Origin: Octopus vulgaris
Taxonomy: Eukaryota
Direction of reading: 5' to 3'
Assembly (NCBI GenBank): GCA_951406725.2
Contig: OX597819.1
Coordinates: 19,778,001-19,842,000, forward strand
DNA: 64,000 nucleotides
The number at the start of each line of letters is the position of its first letter. Position 1 is the first letter of the stretch. The position numbers and the translations under genes are program-made. Under the pieces are notes generated by a model. That model saw only the letters and a list, made by a program, of their open reading frames with translations, was not told the DNA's origin and ran no database searches. Positions 11,304-23,469 of the stretch are shown piece by piece.

Positions 11304-11797
11304 TCATATGTTGTGGTGTGCGATATTGCTCCATTCTAGTTTTCTATTCAGGCTAGGTTTATTTTCTATTATATGTGTAGCTTCTGTAATTTGTCTAATT
11401 GTTGCATCTGTTCTATGTGTGGACAATATCTTAATCTCTATGTTATTGATTGATCCCCCGTGTTCTTGTTCGGCGTGTTGGTACAGAATCGATGAGCTTT
11501 TACCTTCGTTGAGTTGTCTCCAATGTTCATTCACCCGCTCACCAATGCTTCTTGCAGTTTCCCCTACGTATGTTACTGTCTTGTTACTGCATCGTCCCTC
11601 TATGCATCTTATACTATAGACCACATTTCTGGCTTTACAGTTCGTTTGTGGGCTAAATCTACATAGAGTGCAATAGTTATCCGTACAGAGAGTTCTACTA
11701 AAATGATAGCTTCTACCAATTATAGATCTGATAGGGTTGCCTGGCTTTTCAACCTTGGAAGGCCAACTCTTGGTATGATAGCCATAAATACCAGAGT
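11304..11797 (-). pseudogene. Penelope GIY-YIG endonuclease domain fragment (stop-free frame, no RT)
   Basis: KVEKPGNPIRSIIGRSYHFSRTLCTDNYCTLCRFSPQTNCKARNVVYSIRC...TYVGETARSIGERVNEH...LYQHAEQEH...RQITEATHIIENKPSLNRKLEW*. It shows a Cys-rich linker, VVY/YVGET, the catalytic R, H, E and LN motifs. Confidence 0.9.
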
Positions 11798-11930
11798 GTC
11801 ATGTTCGTTGACACCACCCCTGGAGGTGAACTAGCGTACCGCTTTAGAAGGACCCTAGATAAACTTAAACTAAGAATTAAGTGTGTGTGTTTTTATTGGC
11901 TAAACTGGCAATATGACCATTCCGAAATAT

Positions 11931-11978
<48 letters not shown>

Positions 11979-12011
11979 ATTTACATATATATATTATATA
12001 AATATTATATA

Positions 12012-12159
<148 letters not shown>

Positions 12160-13246
12160 TCACATATATACATAGATATATACATGTGTGTGTGCATGTA
12201 TGTATTTGTGCATTTTCATGGTTATATTCATGTGAGTATTTGGTAGCTCCATGTGCCTTGACCAACTGAAATATAATCTACCGTTCCCTCACACAACAAA
12301 CATTACGCCTCAAACCAGACACCCAACACCGCTCTCTGAACAGCAACCCATCAATAATATCCCAGCCCCACTCATTTACTAATTAACAAATAGTTAATCC
12401 CACTTAAACGGTTACAAATTATCACATATTTTACGCATTCACAATTAGCAATGTTTGGTTTCGGCTCTATTTGTTATTTACAGGACTTCTAAGATATTTA
12501 AGCACCTCATTTAATTAGCACAAAACCACTTAGAATCTTATTAGATTATTTGATGACCAGCCGCTCCGAATCCTTCCTTGACAATAGGCTGTATTTGAAC
12601 GACAAAAATTAAACAAAAGCAGAAAATACATACGTACTCATTCACCATTACATAGCCATAGCTCAAAACATTGACAGCCATACTGTCGTGCAACCGTAGT
12701 CATAGCAATAAGCATTTACTTTATAAAACGTGAAGCACTACCAATATTTAACAATCCATAGAATATTCAGTTTGTGGTGATCGGGAAAATTGGTTAGAAC
12801 TTTCGATATTATGTTCAGCGGTAATTCATTCGGCTCTCTACGTACTAAAATCAAATCCATCCGAGGCCAGATTTGTCTTTCATTTCTTTGGAGATCGATA
12901 AAATAAAGTACTTGTGAAGTACCAGCGTCGATGTTTTCGACTTGCTTCCTCCTTGCTGGCTTTGAATCCTGCATGAACCTGCGTCGCGTTCAGGGACATT
13001 GTTGCAATTATGGCGACCGAGCAGTGTGATCAAAGGGCTTAAGAAAAACTAGTAACCCACTCCATTAATAAAAAATTCTATATATTTAATATGGATTTTA
13101 AAGAACAAACTATGGCCTACTGAATCAGAGATATTACTCCGAATCATTAGAATATGATTATTTACCGATTTCTGAAAAATCAGCGTGAATCTTTGAATGT
13201 GTTCCTATGGGCCTAAGGGTGTGTCCGTCCCTGTCTCCACCCACAC

Positions 13247-13283
<37 letters not shown>

Positions 13284-13387
13284 GCTATATATTTATCTCT
13301 TTATTTATTTATCAATCTATCTATCTATCTATCTATCTGCCTGTCTGTCTGTCTATCTATCTACCACTCTTTCTCTCTCTCACTCTC

Positions 13388-13456
<69 letters not shown>

Positions 13457-13867
13457 CTGTGCTCCTTTCTGTTGAAGAGCGTATGCTCGAAATGTAAAAG
13501 ACTTTCTCACTTCCCGAGCGTAAAACTAACACATCTGTTTGTTGTTTACACACCAGTCTACATGAATCTGATGCACACATACCTGTATGTAACACAAAGC
13601 TGGGAATGCATGCATCAGTTCATTGCAAAGTGGGCGCTCTGAGCAAAATAACAAAATACTTATCTTTTCAAACGACAATTTTTCAACATGGCTAAATGTG
13701 AAAATAGCTTTTCAGAGGTGAAAAATACCCCCACATGGATGTGAATAGCGTTTAAGTGTCGTTACGTGTATGTATGTCTGTTTATGTATGTCTGGGTGTG
13801 TTTATGTATGTATTTGTGTGTATGTGTGTATATATGTATGTGTTTATATATTATATACGTGTTTATG

Positions 13868-13905
<38 letters not shown>

Positions 13906-14006
13906 CATATACATTCATGTTATATACATTTTTAACAAACACACACATACATATATATATGTATATATACACATATACATATATATATATATATGCATAT
14001 ACATAT

Positions 14007-14050
<44 letters not shown>

Positions 14051-14451
14051 GTATGTATATTTATGATGCAACATTTCTAATACTCAGATTTGCTATATAT
14101 ATATCTCTGTGAAGCAGCAGTTTCCAATGACTCTTGCCATTAGATTAACTCTGCTCTTTGAAAAGCTGATTTTCTGCGTTTTTGTTGAAACAAAGTACAT
14201 ATCACTCCATATGGGTCCTAAAGTACACACAACTTAAAAAAGCTGCAAATATCACAATAATCCGCTGACAAACTTCGCATTCGTCATAAGGAAAGAGAGA
14301 CAGAACTAATGGAAAAATATGGCAGAAAGACGATGATACAGAAAACGACGGAGAAAACAGTGTTATTATGCAAAGAGATACTAAAAGAGAACAGAGTTAT
14401 AGAGCTTCATAGCACAAACCGAAAAATAGAGAGGAAAACAAAGAGGACAAA

Positions 14452-14489
<38 letters not shown>

Positions 14490-14520
14490 ATGTAATTGCA
14501 ATGATGTACATGGTAATATG

Positions 14521-14572
<52 letters not shown>

Positions 14573-14883
14573 GTATATATGTATCGATACGTATGTGTGT
14601 TGAGCGCTACTCCTGAAGCAGGAGACCATAAAAGTTCCATGTTATTTGCCGAACAGGGAATTGGTTATGTGCCAATATTTACCAAACTGAACAAGCAGGG
14701 GATGGGCAAAAATCAATATCTCAGTTAATAATTGATCTACCTGTAAATAGGTGAGGGACATGTAACATAATTAAACATACTCACCACATATTTGCTGCGT
14801 TTGTTTGCACACAACTGTTCACTCATTAAACATGCAGTAATCTCGCAAGCAATAAAACTGTCTATCTCTCTAACCATCCATCC

Positions 14884-14943
<60 letters not shown>

Positions 14944-14979
14944 GTCGTCTATTTGTCTGTCTATTTATCTATTTGTCTG

Positions 14980-15075
<96 letters not shown>

Positions 15076-15215
15076 GCTATCTAACTATCTATCTATCGAT
15101 CGATCTATTTGTCTATATTCCTTTCCATCTCTCCATCCATTTATGTGTCTCTCTATATATCTCTCTTTCTGTCTGTATGTATGCTTGTCTGTCTACCTGT
15201 CGCTTTCTTTCTTTC

Positions 15216-15260
<45 letters not shown>

Positions 15261-15275
15261 TTATCTATCTATCTA
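14884..15275. repeat. (TCTA)n microsatellite cluster (representative; dozens of (TA)n, (CA)n, (GA)n, (TGTA)n and (TCTA)n tracts occur throughout)
   Basis: Directly visible tandem TCTA units. Similar tracts lie at 13248-13360 and 55025-55185, and a long (CA)n at 44740-44830. Confidence 0.95.
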
Positions 15276-16529
15276 TTACCAGTCATTTTTGCTCGTCTTC
15301 CATGTACGGTTGTCCATTGATACATATCTGTATATATGTAAATATACACACATATATATATAAATAAAAATTTACATATACATACACACCTGTATACATA
15401 CATATGTATTTAGACATATTCATATTTACATTTGCATATATTTGCTCACAAATGCAGCCACATGAGTATGTATCCATTCATGTATGCATACATACATTAT
15501 CACGAAGCGCATAAACACACATACACACACACAATGCACATATATATCTGTATAGAGACCAAACAGCTGAGTATCATCTTAAATAACGTCATCCAACGAT
15601 TATTTTTATGAAATCTGTAAGAGCCATAGCATTTGAATTAGATTAAATCAATGGTTATTGTAACTCGTCGTTTGTTATCAAAATGTCTTGATCCAAAGCG
15701 CAGGTAGTAAACAGTCTCCGTTATATTCCCACATACATCATACAAACACATATACACAGCAACGACATCTGTGTCAGATCTCTCTTAGTGGTCTTTCGTT
15801 ACACACCATGAATTACTTTACAGGAAATCAAATCGGGTTGTTAGCCACTGAAGTGGCACAACCACTGCACTACACTGCTGAGGAATATCGTTCGAGGACA
15901 GGCAGATCAAAAAACAACCTTAACCCACATCCATCCATCCATCCACCCATTCGTCCAAATTCACTAACATATTTGTATACTTATGTATTCAGCTAAATTG
16001 GGCAGGTATGGACCAAAAACATTTGAAGGAAATCAATAAGAAGAAAGACATGTGGGGGGGGAACTTCATCCAGTGGAAGTTGGTTTATGTTTGGGATGAT
16101 AGAACCGGAGGAAACTTTCAGTTTCCTAAGGCCAAATCTGACCTCGCTGAGCTTCTCTGGGAAAGCGTACAAGCTAAGGGGCAACACGCTTGTAACCCTA
16201 AGATACCTGTTGCTGATATAGAAAGCTCTCTGCCTTTGAGATGGATTCGAAAGAAGAGCTTGTAATAATTTGGTGTAGTTCCAGTGGTGTCTGACTGGAA
16301 CAACGCATCTGCTAAATTTAATCAACCTGAAATATTATAACTCTGTACTTGTGTACAGAAAGGAAGGCATACAAACTTACATACACATGTGTGTATGTGT
16401 GTATGAATTAATACGTGTATATGTGCGTGTGTGTGTGTTTGTGTTGTGTGTGTTTTCATCATGTGTTGGTGCAAGCCGAAGATCAGTCATATAAAATGCA
16501 TTAACTGAAAATATATAAACCTATAATTA

Positions 16530-17700
16530 CCAATGACAAAGTAAAATGAGGAGAGCCTACAATGGCGAATGCCCCGCGGTTTGATAAGCAACGAGAAAGA
16601 CAGAAGGCTCGTAATATCGTAACTATTCATGGGGACAAAGCGAAACGCGTTTAACTCGGAAGAGGACTCACAGTTCTCAGAAATGCTTGCAAATGATTTT
16701 CACGAACGTCCCCGCCAACTGAGACCATGCATAAATGTTGGCTACGAAAGCATAATATACACTACGTATTTACTATGAACTCATAATATCAACATCCACT
16801 GAATTCCAGACGTTATTTCGTACTTAGGTATATTGATGATACAGTCTGACCATCTTGGTGGCAAGGACAATGATTTCTGATCTAACGCAGCCGATGAGGA
16901 TATAATTGCCATTATGAAAATGGAATACATCTAAATATGGTAGACTCCACTGAGACGAGAATACGAGTAGATCTAATATTCAGTCACCCGTTTCTTTCTA
17001 ATACTTCCTTCACGTATCTCCTGGCTTGTCCAGTGTTGATTCGGAAATCAGGGACGTAGGGAAATATTCGATCCCCTTATACACTTGATGGTGTATTTGT
17101 GATATTTAGCAAGGCAAAGGAATGCGTCTTTCACGTGCGTGGAGACAGGTTCAACGATTGGTTTCGTGAGGGTTTCGGGGATCGGATTAAGCAAGATGTA
17201 GTTATTACTAGCTAATGTTGCTTCACGCACACTGAAAACACAATCAAAAGCGGAATTGATCCATGTTACGTAAGTTGTATGAGCAAGCTTCGTTCTTGGT
17301 CATTCCTTTGACACAGATAACCGACATGAGTTTATTGTGCTCCGCTGCATGAGCCTGAGTCTCCGATGCCAACGATGAAACTGATGTCTCTCGACGAAAA
17401 AAATTATATTGCTATCGAAATGCAGCTACTGTAGATGAAGTATGACATATGTTGCGCTGATGTGCGAAAGTTTAACCGCTGGCAGTGGACACTCTATACT
17501 AAGAAGTGTGCAGACATATACAAAACTGGTTCAATAGTGATTTTGGCAGTTGTCTAGTGCCACTAGCACTACACTGGATATCTTCCAAACTATTAAATAA
17601 ATTAGTAGAGATGAAAGATTCTTCTACAGATGCCGCCTATTAAATTCCAGGAAGACCAGTTGTAAAGAATTTATATCAATGTACAGTGTGTCCGCAATAA
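16530..17700 (-). pseudogene. Highly degenerate Ty3/Gypsy pol relic (RNase H then integrase)
   Basis: Minus-strand pieces occur in the expected order across frameshifts: LHFDSNIIFFVE/DISFIVGIG (RNase H start), VFSVRE..NYILL, KYTIKCIRGSN (RNase H end), HCPCHQ, VWNSVDVDIM..YYAFVANIYAWSQ (integrase core start) and RGIRHCRLSSFY (GIxH..SSPY motif). Confidence 0.55.
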
Positions 17701-18019
17701 ACCCGTAAAGAAATAGTTTTTACCTGTTCAGTGTTGTCGAGTAATATCTCAGAAGATGGCCAATGGTTATATTCAAACGAGACTTATTTTATTCGTAAGA
17801 CTTCTAACCACTGTACCACTGATAATTAAACTTTAGAAGATCTTATTACTGGAATAATATCTGAGGTATCACCAGAGAGGAATATCTTAGAGATGCATCT
17901 GGTCATAACCAGAGTTGTGCGAGAGGTAAGTTTAATGAGAAATTAATTTAAATGGATGATTAATCCCTCAGACCGAAGATAGGAAAATATATCCTAGTTT
18001 ACTTTGCATTTGGCAGTCA

Positions 18020-18560
18020 ATTTTCTCGACCCCAGTACACAACAGGTACTTTATTTATCGACCCTGAAAAGAAGGAAGGCAAAGTCGACGTTGGCGAAAT
18101 TTCAACTCAGAAAGCAAAGACATACGAAATACCGCAAACAATTTCGCTCGGCGTGCTAAATATATTCTTTTCTAATCAAGGCACAAGGCCTGAAAATTTT
18201 GGGGAAGGGTCCAGTCGAATAGATCGACACAAGTGCACAACCGCTGCTTTATTTATCGACCCTGAAAGGACGAAAGGCAATGTCGACCTTGGCGGAATTT
18301 GAACTCAGAACGTAAAGACAGACGAAATACTGCTAAGAATGTCGCCTGGCGTGATAAATATATGCTTTTGTAGATTAGGCACAAGGCCCGACATTTTGTG
18401 GGAGGGGGCTAGTCGATTAGATCGGGCCTAGTATGCAAATGGTACTTAATGTATCGACCCTGAAAGGATGAAAGACAAAGGCGACCTGGGTGAAATTTGA
18501 ACTCAGAACCTAAAGACAAACGAAATACTGCTAAGCATTTCGCTCGTCGTGCTAAATATA
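18020..18560 (-). repeat. Tandem trimer of SINE family A (period ~198 bp)
   Basis: GTG(C/A)TAAATATAT junctions at ~18154, ~18351 and ~18549. Each unit carries GAAAGGCAAAGTCGAC...GAATTTGAACTCAGAAC...ACGAAATAC. Confidence 0.85.
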
Positions 18561-19837
18561 TAAACGGATCTCAGATATTGATCTTCACAATAAAGCAGCA
18601 TTTACTAAGCACAATTAAGCAACATAAATCATTAAAAAGCACCATAGCCACGATGGCACACAGAAACCTAAAAACAACGTCTATAACAACATTTCCCGAA
18701 GGAAACTCTATTGTCGAATTCAAACTACAATACCGTTTAATATTCAAAATAAAGACCTACTTAACAAAGTAACGACTGATATAGAGATTGCTATCAAAAT
18801 GACGGTCTCTCAAGTCTCAAATTCAAGATTAAAGATAAGGATTTAAGGATTATTAGTACAGAGCGTTACCCGCTTCAGGTTAAGGGGAAAAGAAGATACA
18901 GATTCCTAGTTGTTTGAAGACATCAGGTTCATTGTAAAACTCCTCTCTGAATATTCTAAGTCAATCTCAGTACATGCCCCCGCTCCACCTGATTCCTGTA
19001 GTTAAGCAGGAAGTTATTCATGACGGCTGTGTCATCTCATAAGAGAATAAAATGTTGATTTGGTTGTCAGGACTTCGTTTTAGCTGTTAATATTTCCTCA
19101 TGATCCTTTATTCCACTTTTACCAGCACATCAAAGCATTCTTTTACACAAAGATTAAGATACTATACACACACCCAACAATAGAAGCAACTGAATGATAT
19201 AAGGTGTTTCTTTCTATAAATATTTAATAATATTAGGAATACTTTCATAAACCTTTGTCGTCTAAGAAAATTACTATTTGTAAATCTCACAAGACATATT
19301 CAGCAACAGTACTTTGGAGTAAAGATTGTTTGCCAATATAACATGGTAGTCTTGGTTTAGGACTAATGCTGCCGTAACTTAGCCCCAGGTGACGTCGTCT
19401 CCACCAGGCTATATGACACGACCTGTGTTCTTATATTTCCGGACAAGGGAATCTAGCACCCCCCACTCAGCTCAAAACAATATCTGTGTATTGCGATTTC
19501 CGGGATATTTCCCTTCATCAGCACAGAATAATTGTTCGGCTAGAGGTGGCGCTGCGAAATTCCCGTTCGAAATATAAAATTTTCAAAGTGACAACTATTG
19601 ACTGATCCATAAATTAGAAAATTACTATTTGTAAATCTATCAACGTGAGATATTCATCAACAGTACTTTGGAGTAAATATAATTTGCCAACAATGTCTCT
19701 TGGGGCTAAATTACAGTAACATTCGTCTTAAACCAGGACTGCCATATTATGTTGGCAAATAATCTCTACTTTGTCATCTTTCTTAGTCATAGTGGAAGCT
19801 ATATACACAGGATAATATATAGGAAGCTTTACATGTA

Positions 19838-20716
19838 CGAGGGACATTCAATAAGTGATGCCTCTGACCCACTTGCAATTGTTTGATCTAGCTGAAATTT
19901 TGCATGTGCAATTATTTATATCTCTATAGATTAAGCTTTGAATTAATTGTGGTTTCTGATTTACAGGTGTTTTAACTGAGTCAAGTGTGAAATGGAGCCT
20001 GTTGAGTGTCGAGCAGTGATCCGGTTTTTGTATTTGAAAGGACACACACCACGGGAGACTTTTGATGAAATGAAAGTAACTTAGGTTGATGATGCCCTAT
20101 CATATGACCTTGTAAAACGCTGGCATCATGAATTCAAACATGGTCGGAACTCTGTGGAAACAGCTCCCAGATCTGGTCGCCCCCCTTCTGCAATTGATGA
20201 GGCATCTGTCCGTCAAGTTGAGGCTGCCATTTTGGAAGATCGACGCATAGCTATTCGCCAAATAGCCCATGAGGTGAAGATTAGTACCGGGTTTGTGGAA
20301 ACTATCATTCATGACCATTTGCATATGCAAAAGGTGTCTGCCAGATGGATTCCCAGGCTGCTCACACTTTTCCAGTAGCAAGAACGCGTCGAGTGCTCGA
20401 GGATGAATTTGGAGATGTGCCAAGAAGATGAGTCAAAATATTTCAAAAGACTTTCACCTCTTCCCAGCCATGAAGTTGTTTTTGAAAGGAACGCGTTTCC
20501 CAGATGATGCAGCCTTGATTTCTGAAGTCACGTCGTGGTTGGAGGACCAAGCTGGGATCTTCTACAAAAACGGTCTCCAGAGCTACATCAAACGATGGAA
20601 GAAATGCGTAGCTCTGGGTGGTTCCTATGTAGAAAATGACTAATAACTGTGTCAAGTTTCGTTGCTCTACTGCTATGGGAAGTGGGTCAGGGGCATTACT
20701 TATTGAATGCCCCTCG
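19838..20716 (+). mobile_element. Mariner transposon, internally deleted, both TIRs and TA TSDs intact
   Basis: Left TA|CGAGGGACATTCAATAAGTGATGCCTCTGACCCACTT pairs with right AAGTGGGTCAGGGGCATTACTTATTGAATGCCCCTCG|TA. It contains a transposase remnant. Confidence 0.95.
19992..20643 (+). pseudogene. Mariner transposase pseudogene (catalytic core deleted, in-frame stops)
   Basis: MEPVECRAVIRFLYLKG...VKRWHHEFKHGRNSVETAPRSGRP...EDRRIAIRQIA...KVSARWIPRLLT...YFKR is joined directly to DFHLFPAMKLFLKGTRF...RWKKCVALGGSYVE. The TGDETW, HDNA and YSPDLAP segments are missing. Confidence 0.92.
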
Positions 20717-20903
20717 TATAATAGAGAAGAAAGGAACTTTTGCTATACAATGGTTCAGTTTGCTTGTAATTGACGCAAATGCATATGAGAGTCACGACAA
20801 ATAGTTTTCACCACTCAATGGCAGACACATGTTCGTATAACAGCAACCGAAAACATCAAGTGAACTGAACCATCGATTCAGAATAAGACTTATCCATTAT
20901 TCC

Positions 20904-20939
<36 letters not shown>

Positions 20940-21114
20940 CATACAATACAAAATAGGACAAGAACGCAAAACGGGACAAGAACCCAAAACGGGAAAACAA
21001 AACATCCAGATACACGATACAAAAAAGCACGGGCGTATCATTCGAAGCCTTTTATCTTCGGTCAAGAACCGGACCATCCTCGCAATTTCGGCTGATTAAT
21101 CTTGAGATTGCTCA

Positions 21115-21117
<3 letters not shown>
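20940..21117 (-). repeat. Short repeat between (TA)n tracts; longer copy at 32290-32635
   Basis: Shared sequence: ATACAAAAT(A/G)GGACAAGAACGCAAAA...TCATTCGAAGCC...ATCTTC.GTCA.GA.CCGGA.C.TCCT.GCAA.TTTCGGCT.ATT.ATC.TGA.AT.GCTCA. Confidence 0.7.
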
Positions 21118-21164
<47 letters not shown>

Positions 21165-22750
21165 ACGAAGCTAGAAATAAAGACGAAGTCTAATTGTTCA
21201 TATGGAAGCAACCAAACGTGTGGATGTGTATATTTTCACTTTGAAACAGCAAGTACCGCGATGTTATAATTAAATTATTAATAGGATCATAGCTACACAG
21301 GAGCTCAGACATATATATGCACACATTCTCATATATTATACACTATAGTATTGACATCGGCTATAATATAGTTGGCTGGATCTGCGTGGCGAACTATGAC
21401 CCTCCATGTGCATGCAAAAATTAATTAAGGAAAAGAACATCTGGAAGAGTAGAATTCAGCGATGGCCATAAAATCTTGACGTGATTATTCTTGTGATGAG
21501 TTCAATGTAGAGTTGAAAAGAAGTACGAGAAAGTAAGTCTCTATTGGGGCATTGTGAGAACATGATATGAACCTGATCGTTTCGTGTAGCAAACCACATT
21601 CTACTACCGATAGATTCGAAATGGATAGAGAGCAGTGAGTATTGAATTCTCCATGTAATGCTTTTGGGTGCAAGTCTTAAGTGTTAATCAAATGAACGAA
21701 CTTTGCCTGCGGATTAAGATATTTGTATTTTCTAACACCTGCATCAACTTCCGTTTGGGGCCTGATTAATGTCAGTTACCAACAACCGTCCCAATCTCAA
21801 TGAAAGTCCGTCCCAGAAAACGAACATTTTCACATTAGATTCTGTTTTTTTTAATTGCTTCATTTTTTGTTTTTACATTGTATATGATGTGGTGATATTT
21901 GCTGCTACTCTAAAGATTGCCGCACCTAACTGATTCAGGCGTATTTTACGGTCTTGTGTCCAGAACTTTGAGTATGCCAGTCGCTTCTTTTCCGAGCCGC
22001 ATCCACTTGCTTATAAGTAATTTTCTTAAAACTACTTCTTCCCGGAACTCATTAACGCCGTCTTCTTGTCCACTAGAGCAAGTTTTTCAGACCTTTTCGC
22101 TTAAATCAATCAACTTTTTTTTTGGTACTTTTAGGATTCTCATTCTCTTTTTTTGTAGCCCCATATTCAGCATTGCACTCAAGTCTTCTTCGGATTAAAT
22201 CTTGTAAAAAGGTAAATTAAAATAGTGCAAAACGATGACCCCTAAAATGCAGACTTCCTTCCACCACGATAAAAGTATTTAAGACTTCTCTCCAGAAATT
22301 TCTAAAAGCTAATAATTTTGTGTAAATATTAATTTTGGGACACATTGAAACGGCAAGCTCGAACAATCGTCTCAAATAATTACAAATGCAAAATAATTAC
22401 AAGCATGTCGTCCGTCTTTACTTTCCGCGTTCAGATTACGCCAAGGTCGAATTTACATCGTTTCAAATCAATTAAAATGCTACCAGTTGTACACTGGGGT
22501 CGATTTAATTGATTAACACACCCTCCCCGATATCGGTGGTCTTGTACCGATATTTCTACCAATATTTCACCTCATCAGCACATTTCGTTCTTATACAGGA
22601 GGAAAAGTTTTTATACTGAGAAACAAAAAACCTCCTGGTTATATAGGAAGTAAATACACTTAAAATAAACGGAAATCGATCTTTGTAAATCCTTAAAAGA
22701 ACTGACAACAAAGAAATCTATGAATGTATGTATGTATATATATATAAATG

Positions 22751-22787
<37 letters not shown>

Positions 22788-22947
22788 GCGCAGTAATACT
22801 GAGAAGCATTTTAGACCGACTGTGAACTGTAAGAAAAGTATAGTTGGTACGGTGAGCAGCGAATAGTTCTTTTAGTACCCCTCGTTTACAGCAAAGATTA
22901 AGAATTTTGTTAAGCTTCTTCTATGATTGGAACCAAATATAATGCAT

Positions 22948-23315
22948 GGATGGAAGCACTCCGTCGGTTACGACGACGTAGGTTCCGGTTGATCCGATCA
23001 ACGGAACAGCCTGCTTGTGAAATTAACGTGTAAGTGGCTGAGCACTCCACAGACACGTGTACCCTTAACGTAGTTCTCGGGGATATTCAGCGTGACAGAG
23101 AGTGGCAAGGCCGGCCCTTTGAAATACAGGTATAACAGAAACAGGAAGGAAGAGTGAAAGAGTGCAGCAGGGATCACCACCATCCCTGCCGTAGCCTCGT
23201 GGAGCTTTAGGTGTTTTCGCTCAATAAACACTCACAACGCCCGGTCTGGGAATCGAAACCATGATCCTACAACCGCGAGTCCGCTGCCCTAACCACTGGG
23301 CCATTGCGCCTCCAC
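22948..23315 (-). mobile_element. Full-length SINE family B' (tRNA-Arg-like head) with 11-bp TSD
   Basis: Head GGAGGCGCAATGGCCCAGTGGTTAGGGCAGCGGACTCGCGG...GGTTTCGATTCCC carries A and B boxes. TSD ATATAATGCAT lies at 22937-22947 and 23316-23326. The 3' half is shared with 38284-38602. Confidence 0.9.
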
Positions 23316-23469
23316 ATATAATGCATACACACCAGCGAAACTAAAAACATGTACACACAAACACATTCTTTTATTCGTTTACTTATTTCATTCATTTCAA
23401 TGCGGTCATGATGGAGCACCACATTCAAAGGTTTTAATTCTTACTTTATATATATATATATATATATAT

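Larger units (their letters stand above)
10570..11940 (-). mobile_element. Penelope-like element, 5'-truncated: GIY-YIG endonuclease, 3' region with hammerhead motif, and an inverted partial pLTR
   Basis: GIY-YIG coding at 11304-11797 and a hammerhead-like motif at 10755-10799. Segment 10633-10690 is repeated in inverted orientation at 11881-11938. Both ends abut (TA)n. Confidence 0.85.

Noticed and set aside
16008-16265. 85-aa ORF MDQKHLKEINKKKDMWGG... with an upstream AG
   Set aside because: No recognisable domain and no supporting neighbouring exons. QLNWAG only faintly recalls LINE C-termini. Needs BLAST or RNA-seq.
19538-19556. CTCF-like motif TAGAGGTGGCGCTG
   Set aside because: Partial match inside a probable transposon, so there is no evidence of function.
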